This document shows positions 40,838 through 55,900 of a stretch of DNA of 64,000 nucleotides, in pieces. Numbering within the stretch: position 1 is the first letter of the stretch; each line of letters begins with the position of its first letter. The stretch lies in contig OZ024750.1 of the NCBI GenBank assembly GCA_964016885.1, forward strand, positions 19,096,001 through 19,160,000, in the 5' to 3' direction. The stretch comes from Eledone cirrhosa. Lineage: Eukaryota. A program made the translations under genes and the position numbers. A model generated the notes under the pieces. That model worked only from the letters and a program-made list of their open reading frames with translations. It had not been told where the DNA came from and did not search any database.

Positions 40838-41242
40838 GACAACCTTTCCCCCACCCCGGAAAAAACCACAGTTGATGGATGTGAACCCGAAATATATAGG
40901 GACAATTAAATCTCTCCCAAGGTAACTCCCTCTCATGTTGTTATTTTTATTTTTATCCTTTACGCTCTTTCCTTCATTCCTCTACACGTCTTATACACGC
41001 CACGCATCTCAACGTACACCCACTTACATCTCTCTCTCCACCACCGGATCTTGTTACCCGGAGATTTACCCATTTGCATTGTCGAGGCTTCCAAACGACT
41101 TAAAGAAATTTACCTTATTATTCCACAATGCTTCAAGCAAACTTCAATACTCTCTTATATATATATCCGGGAGCTTCCAACAGTAATGGTCGCATTCTTT
41201 AAGGGTATGTCAATATTTATTTATAAAACTGCTCTATATTAT

Positions 41243-41305
41243 ATTTTGTCTGAAGAAAGCACACCATAATTTAACTTGGTGTCCTTGAAATGTGTATAAT
41301 GAAAT
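41243..41305 (+). ncRNA. Minimal hammerhead, family D
   Basis: ATTTTGT-CTGAAGA-AAG[ACACCA..TGGTGT]CCTT-GAAA-TGTGTA-TA^-ATGAAAT; stem II covaries with the 14507 copy (ATACCA/TGGTAT vs ACACCA/TGGTGT). Confidence 0.78.
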
Positions 41306-41490
41306 AAATATGGTTTTATAAATATAGTTTCCATTTGTTAATATCGTATATATATATACATATATATATATGTGTGTGTGCGTGGGTGGTAAATGTGAGC
41401 CCAACTGAGTGTACTTGCGCATAACTTAACACACACTTTATACATACATATATACATGCATATACACACACACACGCACGCACACACACG

Positions 41491-41544
<54 letters not shown>

Positions 41545-41720
41545 AGTTCTCATAAATGTTATTGACGTTCTGCCAATTACTGAAAGCCGCGGCGTGGGTG
41601 TTTTTGTGTGTGTGTATATATATATATATATGTATATATATAAATATATATGCTATATATATACACACACATATAATATATATATATACACACACATATT
41701 ATATATATATATACACACAC

Positions 41721-41760
<40 letters not shown>

Positions 41761-41824
41761 AACACATATATTATATATATATATACATATACATACTCAT
41801 ATATATATAACGTGCATTCACTCA

Positions 41825-41874
<50 letters not shown>

Positions 41875-42349
41875 GACATATTCATATACATACCCGTATA
41901 CATATGCGTATATATTTTTATATCCAACTTTATGAGAAAAAAAATACCGGAAAGAAACATAAAACTTATTCAAAAATGTCTTCACATCCCTTTAGGCTGA
42001 ATCAACATTGGTGCTTAACTCTCTCACTATTTTTGCCCAACATATCAATAGGTGTTGTGTATCGGCTATACAACAGAACAACAGAGGTGTAATTGACTGG
42101 GTTTTCGTAAATATTTCCAATAGCCAGAAGGAATCGAGACATATAGAATTAAGAATAATATAGCCCAAATTCACAGAAAAGTTTTTCCTCAACCGGATTT
42201 CAATGAAAGATCTATGAAAAAAATAATCCGTGTTTATGTATTTAAAGAAATCTTTATTTTTCTCTGTTTCTCTCTGATTCTGACCCTCTAAGTCTGTAAG
42301 TTTGCCCTTATCTCTGTCTGATTCTCTATCTTGTTATATATATATATAT

Positions 42350-43016
42350 ATAGGAAAAAGTATGACCCCGACGGCAGAGCTCAAGCCGTTTCGACGGCTA
42401 TTTCTGGACTAAATTAGAATTTTTAGCCTGGTGAATAAATAGCCGAACTTTTCAAGTGGGTACTTCCTTATGTGGGAAGATTGTAGTTGTCAAGAGGATT
42501 GGTTAAAATTTTGTTGTAAACACAAATAAGTCTTTTTCCTATTTCCCACTCTACTACCCTAAGTATTGAGTACTCTGGTGTGTTATGGTCCATCTGATTC
42601 CTTACCACAATTCCTTTGTTATATATATATATATATATATATTCGTATATATATATATTGGGTCGTCAAGTATCAAATTTGTAGAAATTTGTGTTTTTTG
42701 TACAAATCTCTACAAATTTCATACTTGACGACCCAATATATATATATATTTATAACGAAGAAAGTGTGCTAAGGAACCAGATGGACCATAACGCACCAAA
42801 GTACTCTGTACTTAGGGTAGTAGAGTGGGTAATAGGAAAATGTTTAACCCCGACGGCAGAGCTCAAGCCGTTGCGACGGCTATTTCTGGTCTAAATTAGA
42901 AATAGCGTGGTAATAAATACTATTTCTATTTATTACCACGCTAAAAATTCTAATTTAGTCCAAAAATAGCCGTCGAAACGGCTTGAGCTCTGCCGTCGGG
43001 GTTAAACATTTTCCTA
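42350..43016. mobile_element. Two family M inserts (42350-42620, 42752-43016)
   Basis: Inverted arm + tail architecture; 42370-42460(-) shows TTGAAAA-GTT-CGGCTATTT...AAATAGCCG-TC-GAAA. Confidence 0.8.
42656..42738. mobile_element. ~80-bp mariner-type MITE (MADE1-like geometry)
   Basis: TA-TTGGGTCGTCAAGTAT.AAATTTGTAGA.ATTTGT arms of ~36 bp, TA flanks. Confidence 0.75.
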
Positions 43017-43052
43017 TATATATATATATATATATATATATACGTGCGCGCG

Positions 43053-43216
<164 letters not shown>

Positions 43217-43296
43217 GTAAACAGAAATAACAACACAATTGGTACAGTATATGGAAGGAATATATTAGGTTAACGCTTGAAATAATAGGAAGAGGG

Positions 43297-43332
43297 TCTT
43301 AACGTTTCGGACGCTAGTCCTTCATCAGAAGA
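43297..43332 (-). ncRNA. Minimal hammerhead, family I
   Basis: TCTT-CTGATGA-A-GGAC(TAGC)GTCC-GAAA-CG-TT^-AAGA, the typical Penelope minimal form. Confidence 0.85.
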
Positions 43333-43511
43333 AACAATGAGAAATAAGATAGATTGAATGGACGGGCGGGATGGAATTGGAAAAAATGGTTTTAGAGAAA
43401 AATAACAGCTCCATTCATGTTGCCATCTCTTGGAAAACTTTGATTACCTGTACAGGCAATACTTATTCGAATGCTGTTGAAGTGTGTAAACATTTTTTGG
43501 GGGACACCCTG

Positions 43512-43560
<49 letters not shown>

Positions 43561-43610
43561 GTACAGGTAATTAAAGTGTGTATACATTTTTGGGGACACC
43601 CTGTATATAT

Positions 43611-43686
<76 letters not shown>

Positions 43687-43819
43687 CAACCAATACAATC
43701 TAGAAAGTTTACACAATTCAAATACCAGAAAAAAACAAATTCATGCCGTTTCTGATTTAATAATTCATATTATCGACAAACGATTTCCAGCACACTACAC
43801 GTGACTTCCAAAATATCAC

Positions 43820-44420
43820 GGTTGTTGTTGGTGTTGTTGTTGTTGTTGGTGTGGTTGTTGTTGTTGGTGGTGGTGTTGGTGTTGTTGGTGGTGGTGTTGG
43901 TGTTAGTGGTGTTGTTGCTGTTGTTATGGTTGGTGTTGGTGTTGTTATGGTTGGTGTTGGTGTTGTTGGTGTTGGTGTTGTTGGTGTTGGTGTTGTTGGT
44001 GGTGTTGGTGTTGGTGTTGTTGTGGTTGGTGGTGGTGTTGGTGGTGTTGGTGTTGATGTTGTTGGTGTTGGTGTTGTTGGTTTTGTTGTTGCTTGTCTCT
44101 TTTCTCTTTCACTGTAGATGTGATTTCCATTAATGTGCAATTGTAATGATAACAGTTTTTAAACAGATATAGTAGTAGTAGTAGTAGTAGTAGTTGTTGT
44201 AGTAGTGGTAGTAGTGGTAGTAGTAGTAGTAGTATTAGTAGTAGAAGAACAACAACATGAAGTAATAGTATCTATATATATACATATATAGTTGTGTGTA
44301 TGTGTGTTCTATCTGCCGAAATGTATTTACTTTCTATCTACATATCGCCTCTAGCTTATCACTTGTTCCTTCTCTGTATACACAGAGAAGGATGAGGAGA
44401 AGAAGAAGAAGAAGAAGAAG

Positions 44421-44452
<32 letters not shown>

Positions 44453-45580
44453 GTAGTAGAAGAAGAAGTAGAAGAAGATGATGATGATAACAATAAGAAA
44501 AGGAAGAGAAAGATTACGAGCATAAGAAGCAGAAGGAGGAGAAGAAGAAGAAAAAGAAAATTAAGAAAAAGAAGAAAAAGAAGAAAAAGAAGAAAAAAGA
44601 AAAAGAAGAAAAAGAAGAAAAAGAAAAAAGAAGAAAAAGAAAAAAGAAGAAAAAGAAGAAAAAGAAGAAGTAAAAGAAGAAAAAGAAGAAAAATAAGAAA
44701 AATAAGAAGAAAAATAAGAAGAAAAAGAAAAAGAAAAAGAAAAAGAAAAAGAAAAAGTAAAAGAAAAAGAAAATGAAAAATAATAATAAGAAGAAAATGA
44801 ATAAAAATAAAAATAAGAAGAATAATAATAAGAAGATAATGTCTACTTATATAATATTTAGCCATCTTTGAATCAATTTGTATGACATAAAATTGGCAAA
44901 TTCATGGAGAGAATTCACCAAAGTAGTCATAAAAACTATTAGAGACGAATTATATACTGGAGAGATTTTGATTGGTGGTGGCGATAATGAGGCTGTTAAT
45001 TGAGGTAGTGGTGGTGATGATGATGAGGGTGATGATGATGGTGTTAGTTATGGTGGTGATGGTATGTGTGATGGTGAAGATAGCGGCGATGGTGATGATA
45101 ATGGCGAAGGTGATGATGTTGATGATGGTGTTCTTATTACAACTGGTAACAGGGGGATGGTGGGGTGATGGTGTTGCTGACAGTGAAGATGAATATGATA
45201 ATGATGATGATGATGATGATGATGATAACGATGATGATAATGATGTTGATAATAATGATGATGATGATAATGTTGATAATGATGTTGATGATAGTGATGT
45301 TGATAGTGATGGTGATAATGATGATGATGATAGTGATGCTGATAGTGATGGTGATAATGATGATGATGATAGTGATGCTGATAGTGATGGTGATGATAAT
45401 GATGGTGATGATAGTGATGTTGATGTTGATGATAGTGATGTTGATAGTGATGTTGATGATAGTGATGTTGATGTTGTTGATGATGATAGTGATGTTGATG
45501 ATGACGACAGTGATGTTGATAGTGATGGTGATAATGATGTTGATTTAATGATGATGGTGATGATAATGATAGTGATGATG

Positions 45581-45621
<41 letters not shown>

Positions 45622-45730
45622 AAACGACGATGACGACTACGACGACGAAAACGACGAAAACGTCGAAGACGACGAGGAAGACGACGAAAACGACGACAAC
45701 GACATCAATAATAATGTTGATGGTGGATGC
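43820..45730. repeat. Block of trinucleotide/low-complexity repeats (GTT/GGT, TAG, GAA/AAAAG, GAT, GAC)
   Basis: Read directly; yields poly-D/T/V/S pseudo-ORFs. Confidence 0.95.
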
Positions 45731-46344
45731 TATGATCATGCCGCATGTTGATGACGCTAACATCTTTTTAAGTTCAGTTCATTAGTTTTCTTGAAGTCTT
45801 TCATACAGTCTAATCGGATATCGATTTTTTTTTCTGGTCACAATTTTTGCTTATATTTATCCAAAAGATTCCACTGACTTACTAACCTCCTCCTATTCAA
45901 ACATTTTATGCTATATAACAATATTGTCAACCATTTTACTTTATCTTACCTTCTTATTTTCCATTCCTTTTCCTGTTGTGATCTATCATCGTTGATAAAT
46001 CATTACATGTTAGGCTGATTAACACGTTTCTCCCTACGGCTTAAACGCCTTCGCCTTGTGCCGACAGCAGCAGTACTGTTCAGTGTTTTTAGCGTTTTGC
46101 TCATTTATTTGTCGATATCTTGTCAAGCAGCGGAAGTTAGTAAAGCGCGAGCATAGTTCTCCTTTTCGTCTTATTTTTCCGTCACCTTGCCAATCCGACG
46201 TTCGCTTCCTTCCCTCCAACTCGATTCTTCTTCTCCTCCTCTGTGTATACAGAGAAGGAAATAGTGATAAGAGAGAGGTGATATGTAGATAGAACGCATA
46301 TACATTTAGGCAGGTAGAATACACACGCGCATTAATACATATGT

Positions 46345-46500
46345 CTTCTTCTTCTTCTTCTTCTTCTTGAGAGGGTCTTGGGAGCAGAGTCCTCAAACAC
46401 TCCTCCCAGTGGGTCCTGTCAGAAGCAACCGTGTCCAACTGATCCGACTGGATCCCCAAGCGTGACCAGCCAAGCTCTTGGATGTTATCCAACCGTAATG
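46345..46500 (-). mobile_element. RTE-clade LINE 3' end with (GAA)n tail
   Basis: LDNIQELGWSRLGIQSDQLDTVASDRTHWEECLRTLLPRPS resembles the Expander/RTE C-terminus. Confidence 0.8.
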
Positions 46501-46648
46501 CTCAAGGTTTATCAAATACCTATGTATATATTAGATATATAGGTTCGTAGATTATATATATATATATATATAGAGAGAGAGATATATTCACACATATATA
46601 TATTATATAGAGAGAGAGAGAGAGATATACACACACATATATATATAT

Positions 46649-46682
<34 letters not shown>

Positions 46683-46786
46683 TACACACACACATATATA
46701 TATATATGGTATAGTCCTGTAGCTCCTGATGGACAGGTAGGGTCGCCGTATTGACATAGAGCGTTTCTTAGGCATTTTAAACCTGG

Positions 46787-46986
46787 NNNNNNNNNNNNNN
46801 NNNNNNNNNNNNNNNNNNNNNNNNNNNNNNNNNNNNNNNNNNNNNNNNNNNNNNNNNNNNNNNNNNNNNNNNNNNNNNNNNNNNNNNNNNNNNNNNNNNN
46901 NNNNNNNNNNNNNNNNNNNNNNNNNNNNNNNNNNNNNNNNNNNNNNNNNNNNNNNNNNNNNNNNNNNNNNNNNNNNNNNNNNNNNN
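46787..46986. other. Assembly gap (200 N)
   Basis: Run of n. Confidence 1.
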
Positions 46987-47713
46987 TACATATATATATT
47001 TATATATATATACATATATAGATAGATAGATATATATATATATACATATACATAGATATATATATGTGTGTGTGTATGTGTATGAGCAAGATTCCTTTCG
47101 TTGAAGATCTATATTATATTTGATAATGGAGATTTAAAGCTACAATTTTGTTTTCTTTTCCGCTTCAAGCAAATTTAGTTATTTTCTGAAACAAATATTG
47201 CTTTTAATAGAACACACATCAGTGACATAGTGTTCTGAACCCAGAAGAAAAGTTAGCATTGTTTTCTTCTTCTTCTACTTCTTCTTCTTCATCACCTGCA
47301 ACTACTACTACTACTACTACTAGATCTACTACTACCACTACTACTACTACTACTACTTGATCTTCTTCGTCAACTTCTTTTTCCTCATCATCATCATCCC
47401 CACCACCACCACCACCATCTTCTTCTTCTTCATCATCATCATCGTCACCCCCCACCTTCTTCTTCTTCTCAATGCAAATAATATTACTATTTCCTTCATA
47501 TTAAACTGAACTATTCTTAACATCAAATATATTTCGCTTTCTTTATACTTATCCAAGGAGTCATTCCTAATCTGCCATTTTATGATTTTTTTTCTATTGT
47601 AATCTACAAAAGAAAAATATTGTTTTGATGATGAATTTTAGTGGCTGCGGGATTGATAAATTGATAGCATAGTCGTTTTTGCTATTCTTGTTTATGTACA
47701 TACATGTATGTCG

Positions 47714-47855
<142 letters not shown>

Positions 47856-48029
47856 TTAGGTATGCATCTATGTATGCATGTGTGTATGTAGCTATGTATG
47901 TATGCTTGTATATATACATATATACATATAAATATATATATATATAAAGAGAGAGAGAGAAATATATAACTGCATATCTATCTATCTCTTAGTTATATAT
48001 ACATATATGTATACACATACACTCTCTTT

Positions 48030-48088
<59 letters not shown>

Positions 48089-49068
48089 GCACACTCCCTC
48101 TTAGACACACAAACCAACTTATTTATAAATATATTTATGTATGTATATTCCGTATTGCTGAAGATTGCTTACAAAATTTGAAGTAAACCACGACAGATGT
48201 AAAATGTCTTTGCAATACTTAACATTGACATGCCGTGCGATGGTATAATCAAGAGGTCACGGGTTCTAATTGCGGTGCCTTCTTTTCAAAATTTTAATGA
48301 GTAATGTTTCTAAAATTAACATGATGTGTTACTGAGGGTGACTGTCACAGTAGTGTACGAAGTAAAACGTGTGCGAACCCTGCATACTTAGACGAATTTA
48401 TTGCTATTTATTTATGTAACAAGTCGAAATATATATATATATTGTATATATATATATATATATATATAAATACATTATCGGAGAAAGCTTTTAGCGATAC
48501 TCCGGCCAAATTCCAACTCACTCAACAAACATTAGAAAATAAGTGAGTATATTCCTAATATACTCACTTAAACGTTCGGGGTGCTAACTAAATGTATTGT
48601 GTGGAAAATTAGCTGTATTATTTCATATGAGATATATCAAATATATCTCTTCCCAGACGGACGTCTCGTTTCATTATAAGATTCCTACAATTTGGGTGAA
48701 ATTATACCAATTTATGTAGGAGCTTGTATACGATCAACAGATATATATTCTTATATATACAGATATATATTCTTATAATTCTTCAGTGGGTGCCCAATAA
48801 TACTAATATTGATAATCTAACCAATATCAGTATTTAGCGATAATCACCACCAGTGCCTGAGGTATCTGTTAGGTTGCTACTCCAGCAGTTCTAAAGAAAT
48901 ACTCAAACTGATTAAAAAATGAGGAAGTATATTACCGCAAAAAAAAACAATACATGCGCAGGACAATGAATTCTAAAAGGAATTCAGGCCACGTGCTAGA
49001 ACTCAATTGGAACTTGAAAAAATATCCATGTGTGTACAACGTTTGATGACACACACAGATATTTTCTC

Positions 49069-49940
<872 letters not shown>

Positions 49941-50019
49941 GTATGTATGTATGTATGTATGTATGTATGTATGTATGTATGTATGTATGTGTGTGCGTGT
50001 GCGCGTGTGTGTGTGTCTG

Positions 50020-50373
50020 ATGGTAGCTAAGATACTTCCATAAGCGGTATGCCGGTTGAGCACTCTATGCTCTTACACAGCAGAGTATGATAGAATAGAA
50101 AACGAAAAATCAGTGATGTATCTGAACTCAATTTATTGAGTTACAATTGTTTCGCCGGCGGACAGCTCGAGACGCGATCATTGTGGGGATCTGTCTGATT
50201 CTGGACCCGCAGGTTCGACGGACACGTCTAATGATTTCGGAACATATTCTCTCACTGAGAGAATCAGACAGATCCACACAATGATCGCATCACGAGCTGT
50301 CCGCCGGCGAAACAATTGTAACACACAATAAATTGAGTTCAGATGCATCACTGATTTTTCGTTTTCTATTCTA
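50020..50373. mobile_element. Family N fold-back (~110-bp arms) + tail, degenerate hammerhead
   Basis: Arms 50090-50201 / 50259-50373; CTAATGA (50228) ... GAAA-CAATTG-TA (50309-50320) then AATAAA. Confidence 0.75.
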
Positions 50374-50406
50374 TATCTATATAAATATATATATATGCAC
50401 AAATAT

Positions 50407-50438
<32 letters not shown>

Positions 50439-50596
50439 CAAATATTATATATATATATATTTACAAATATATACACAAATATTATATATATATATATTTA
50501 CAAATATATATATACACAAATATTATATATATATATATATATATAGATACACACACACACACACACACACACACATATTATATATATATACACACA

Positions 50597-50627
<31 letters not shown>

Positions 50628-51034
50628 TATTATATATATCACTCATGGGATGTTTGTACGAATGAGTTTAATGTGTGTATGCAGCTGTGTAAACTTTTAT
50701 ATATTCATTTGTCGAATGAATATATGGATGTATAGGTCACATGAGATGACAAAATTACATAAATTTTAAATAAAATAATTTAATTATGGGAAAGAGTTTG
50801 AATAAAATGATAATGAGCAAACAAAAATACTGATTATGAAGAAAATGTGCAAATTCACTGTTTAATCTTTCAAAATTCCACAGTAATCATCTAACAAAAA
50901 TTCACTTTCCATTAAATTACACTGTTGATTGTTAACATAAAACTAAATAAAATAAAAAATATAATGAATTCGATTTGGGTTATCATGAAATTTAAATTCA
51001 ATCGTTATATCTCATTATCGAACTCTAATATTAG

Positions 51035-51920
51035 TGTAATAATTATTGTAATAGGTTGGCAATCATTTGAAAGTTAGATAGAATGAATGACTTGCGGTAT
51101 TAGTTCCCCCATCCGTCGGTGCTCTGCGTTCAAATTCACTCCAGGTTAATTTTGGCTCTTACCCTTTCAAGGATGGTAAATATAATTGTTTTTTACTTTT
51201 GGCACAAGGCCAGCAATTATCACAGTATATTACTGGTACTTTATTTTATCGACCCCGTAAATATGAAAGGCCAAGTTAACCTCGGCTGGATTTGAACGCA
51301 GATCATAAAGGGCCGCAACTCTATGCTGCAAAGCAAGGTTGGTAAATATAATTGTTTCTACTTTAGGCACAAGACCAGCAATTACCCAGTGCATTACTGG
51401 TACTTTATTTTATCGACCCCGTAAGGATGAAAGGCAAAGTCAACCTCGGCGGGATTTGAACTTGGTAAATATAATACTAGTTTACTACTTTGGCCGATTC
51501 CTCTCCTTCTTCTTACAAATTCTCTCTCTCTCTTTGGTACAAGTCAGCTGTGTTCAAAACTGGAGTGAGATGGACTCGATCGGGTTTAAGTGGCCAAGGC
51601 GTTACTGTAATAATTATTGTAATAGGTCAGCAATCATTATAATGTTAGATAGAATGATCTGCGATATTAGTTCCTCGATCCGTAGGTGCTTTGTTTTCAA
51701 ATTCAATCCAGGTTGATTTTGCCTTTTATCCTTTCAAGGTTGGTAAATATAATACCAATTTACTACTGGGGTCGATTCCTCTCCCTTTTCTTCCTACAAA
51801 CTCTCTTTCTCTCTTTTTCTCTCTCTCCCTCTCTCTCTCTTTTTCTTTCTTTGGTACAAGTCAGCTGTGTTCAAAACAGGAGCGGGTGGCACTCGATCAG
51901 GTTTAAGTGCCTAACGCGTT
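51035..51920. mobile_element. Tandemly duplicated old SINE; the first copy carries two younger family 1 insertions
   Basis: TGGTAAATATAAT at 51174, 51340 and 51463; empty site at 51741. Confidence 0.85.
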
Positions 51921-52124
51921 GTCACAATGTTCCTGCGACTGAATCAGAAGTTTCAGGACCAACCGTTGGATTATAATATATTACACACTGATTCATCAGA
52001 TATAATCCCACCCTCCCAAGAAAAGGACACTGATACTAGGTCAAAGAGGAAAAGTTTGTCGAGATTAAAGAGGGGTAATATAAATAGTAGGATGAACAAT
52101 AAAGGAAATCAAAACCAAACATTC

Positions 52125-52975
52125 TTCTTCTTTTTCACCCACTTATTCCTGTTGGATGAGGTGGATAAGGGGTGTTGCAGAGTCTTTAACCAACCGTCTC
52201 TAATTGATTCGGGTGGATACCCAAGTGAGACTAGTGTTCATAGATTATATCTAACGATCTAGCTCGGAGTCTCCTTCCGTTTGGCTTTGTCCATAAAGTC
52301 CATCCAACGATTCTTTCCTTAGAAATTCTAACCACATGTCCGTAGTATCGGAACTGTGATCTCTAAATTCGGAGAAATAGCGACTATACTTGGAGCAACC
52401 TTCTAATCTCTGAACTACGCACGCTATCGAGTAACGTCATTCCAAAGACCTTTCGGAGGAACCCTATTTCGGCTACTTGTATTCGTGATCATACTCTTTC
52501 GGTCATTACCCAAGATTCATGACCATAGGTAAGGGTTGGCACGAATTCAGCCTTCTGTCTTTCATCACTGGTGAACACGGTCCCAAGATACTTCTTCACC
52601 TACTTAAGTGGAACTCCAACCACATATATAATGCACTGAGCAGGCTTCCTCAAGAAGACGAGTGTCTCAATCTTGGCGGCACTGATTTTCATTCCGGCTG
52701 TTCAGCATTCGGCAGTAAACCTATCAAATCCATGTCGTGTTAAGTAATACCATGTCGTCTGCTTCTACAGTCCAGATTCTACCGTTAAGCCGACTGATCT
52801 TAAACTCGCCAATTTTGATAACGCTTCCAACCCGGCTGCGCATGTGAATCCTGTTAACGAAGAGTATGAACTGGAGAGATGACAGTACGAACTCTTGGCA
52901 GAGTCCGACACCCACATTGAAAAGCTTCGACTTGGCACCGTTTATTCGAACACAAATAAGCATTTGACTTGGCAC
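52125..52975 (-). pseudogene. Decayed RTE-clade RT/C-terminal fragment
   Basis: VRINGAKSKLFNVGVGLCQEFVLSSLQFILFV...ADDMVLL, and YGHESWVMTERV by manual translation. Confidence 0.8.
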
Positions 52976-55900
52976 CGTTTATTCGAACGAAATAAGCATA
53001 CACTTTTGTGGAAATACAGCTACGATTTTTCAAAGACTTGTGTTGCGTCCAGGGTGAAAACCATACTGAAGATTATATTACTTTAAAATTACAGTGTGTC
53101 CCTATTTGATGACACCGAGGTGTGGTTTGTGGGAGATTGGTTATCATGATGTCTCGGTTTGTATCTCAGGGCAGGGAGTCTTTGGTGAGAGTCATTTAAC
53201 ATAGTCTCCGATCAATACAAACATTGTAAATGACTTTGGGAGGACGGGGACTGTTTGGAAGTACATCGAATGAACTGTACATATCATCCAAATGGCCAAC
53301 CTTGTCATACACTGTCACGCTGAAACTTCCTGACAATTTTATTAAGGATACAAATCTCGATGAAATATCCACTCACTCATTCATTAATCTGCGAGAAATC
53401 TGTTCTGTTTATCGAACAAATGGACACTCATCGTCGACACTGACACAAGTCTATTTCATTCAATTCCATTTAACCATCATACATTGAATTTTGAGATTTG
53501 TTAATAAACATATTCAGAGCTGTGTTCTGTATTGAAATTGTATATATTAGCTAAAGCTAATCTACATATTCTATAACGCTATTATTTAGTTTGAATGTCA
53601 AATATGTATGAAAACTTAATTTATTTAATATCAGTTTAAATTGTTGAGCTAGTAATATCTCGATATTTGCGAAGTTAGATTTTTCTGGCGTTTTTATACA
53701 ACTAAAATTCAATTTGGGAGAATTGAATGTCGTGACAGAATCAGTGTTAACCGCAATCTATTAACACGACCATTCTCTTCATGATGTTAGCAAGTAACAT
53801 CTATTATGTCCCTTTATGTTCTGTGTTCGAATCTTGGAGACGTCTGTATTTGCCTTACATCCATACTTAATCGATAAATAATGCTCCAGCCAAATACTGA
53901 TATTAATGTAATCAATAATATTTTCCCTAATAAACGATCGTGTGTCATCAATAAAAGATATTATGTATATAAAAATGGCTGGCTACCAACTACACCTATT
54001 TTCTCCTCCTTTTTCCCTGTTTTATCTTTTTTTAATCTCACCTCTCTCCCCATTTCTGCTCTCACTCTCTTCCCTTTCTCTACCTACCTACCTACCTACC
54101 TACCTACCTACCTACCTGCCTATCTACCTACCTGCCTATCTACCTACCTACCCACCCACCTACCTACTTACCTACCTATCTGTAACATCGGAAAAGTGGT
54201 GTCCCTCCTCGAAGAGTTACGACCGGCAGATAGTATCAGTAAGGGAAAGACAAATAGAAAAATTGTATAGTAGGTTCCACACGACAATCAGTTTTATTCT
54301 TTTCTATTCATTTTTAATGTGATAGGATACGGTTTGATTTAGAGTCTGACACGAGCTACCTATAGACACCAACCTCTAAAGGTTAGTGACAAATGTTATC
54401 ACCAAGTCACATAAAAGAAAGGGTTCTTAACCCATGATAGAGTCGTAGGGGCACCACTTCGACATATAATGTATCTTGGGAATTTTTAATCTGGCGGAGC
54501 CCATCCCTCTCAGTCGGAACATAGCCGATTACTCCCACAAGAATATAGAGGGAGCGAAAAAAATAAAGAGAGATGGGGAAATGATTGAAGTCAGCACTGG
54601 ATTGGCAATATATTTATCGACCCCGAAAGAAGCATGAAAGACAATGTTGTTCTCGGCAGAATTTGAACTCAAGCCTCAGTGTGCTGTATCAAATAGCGAA
54701 GCATTTAATCGGATGTCTTAAAACACTGTCAATTCACCGGCTTAAGTCACAAAGCTATTTGTAAATTTCTTGTAAAATATCTGTTTATGAATTGGTATTC
54801 AGATGTATCCAGTCCGATGATTATAGTTATAGAGTGTAGATACAAGAATAAAGGTGTATATGAAAGCGCGTGGCTGAGTGGTTAGAGAATTGGATTCGCA
54901 ATCGTGAGGTTGGATTCCTGGACCGAGCGATGCGCTATGTCCTTGAGAAAGACACTTTATTTCACGTTGCTCCTTCTACCCGGAGTTGCGACCAATAGAT
55001 AGTATTAGCAATTGGAAAGACCAATGGAAACATTGTTTCCTCGGTCCGACTTGACGAAAGTCGATCAACTGTCATGAAAGCATATGTTTATATATGCATA
55101 TATATGTTTATATATGCATATATATGTTTAAACATACATAAATCTCGTTATGGGTGTTTTAAGCTGTAATCATGCAATGACTGTTGTGGTATATTAATGC
55201 TACTGTTAATTAATTAGTTATAAGGTCAGAACGACTTAAGAGAAGCAGCCGACCTACATTATTTCTTCTCTGATATTTAACGTTTATTGCATAACATATT
55301 CGTTGTTTTGCATGAATATCGCGTGCAATGTTTTACTTCAACAGACATTTCAATCTGAAATATAATTGTGAAGGAGAATCGAAAATTTTGAAACATCATT
55401 AAATAAAAATAATTGCATATTTTAGTATTTACATTTTGTTATATTATTTTAATTTTTTTCTGATTTCGACAAAATTCGATTTAGCTTTTAAAATATTTTG
55501 ATTTTTCCCCTTTCCATTTTATGAAAACATATTACTGACATAATTTCAGGTATTAAGGGGAATTAAAAAAAAAGTCGCAAATAACAAACTAAATACATTT
55601 GAATATGGATTTCAATCTCTAGTCAAAACTATTAAATATTTATTTAATAGTTCATTGGATCAAATTTCTCACTAAGGAAACCAGTAGCTCTATGGTTATT
55701 AGAGATAATCAATGGAATATTTATTATAAATTAATATTGCTTTCGCCTGCAATTTGTCTAGCTGTTTCAAATACACAAAAAATATTGCTCATTCTTCTAT
55801 TCTTTTACTGGTTTCACTCAATTCACTGTGGTCATGCTGGAGCATCCCCTTAAGATGGTTTAGTCGATTATATCAACTTATAATTTTCAAATTACATTTA

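Noticed and set aside
44950-45763. 259-aa Asp-rich ORF resembling an acidic matrix protein
   Set aside because: A (GAT)n/(GAC)n repeat open in multiple frames, with no unique domain or splice context.
48385-48440. TAGACGA...GAAA-TATATA with a weak stem
   Set aside because: Core too degenerate, and stem III is simply the TA repeat.
51968-52008. Minus-strand CTGATGA inside a GGATTATA/TATAATCC stem
   Set aside because: No GAAA and no stem II.
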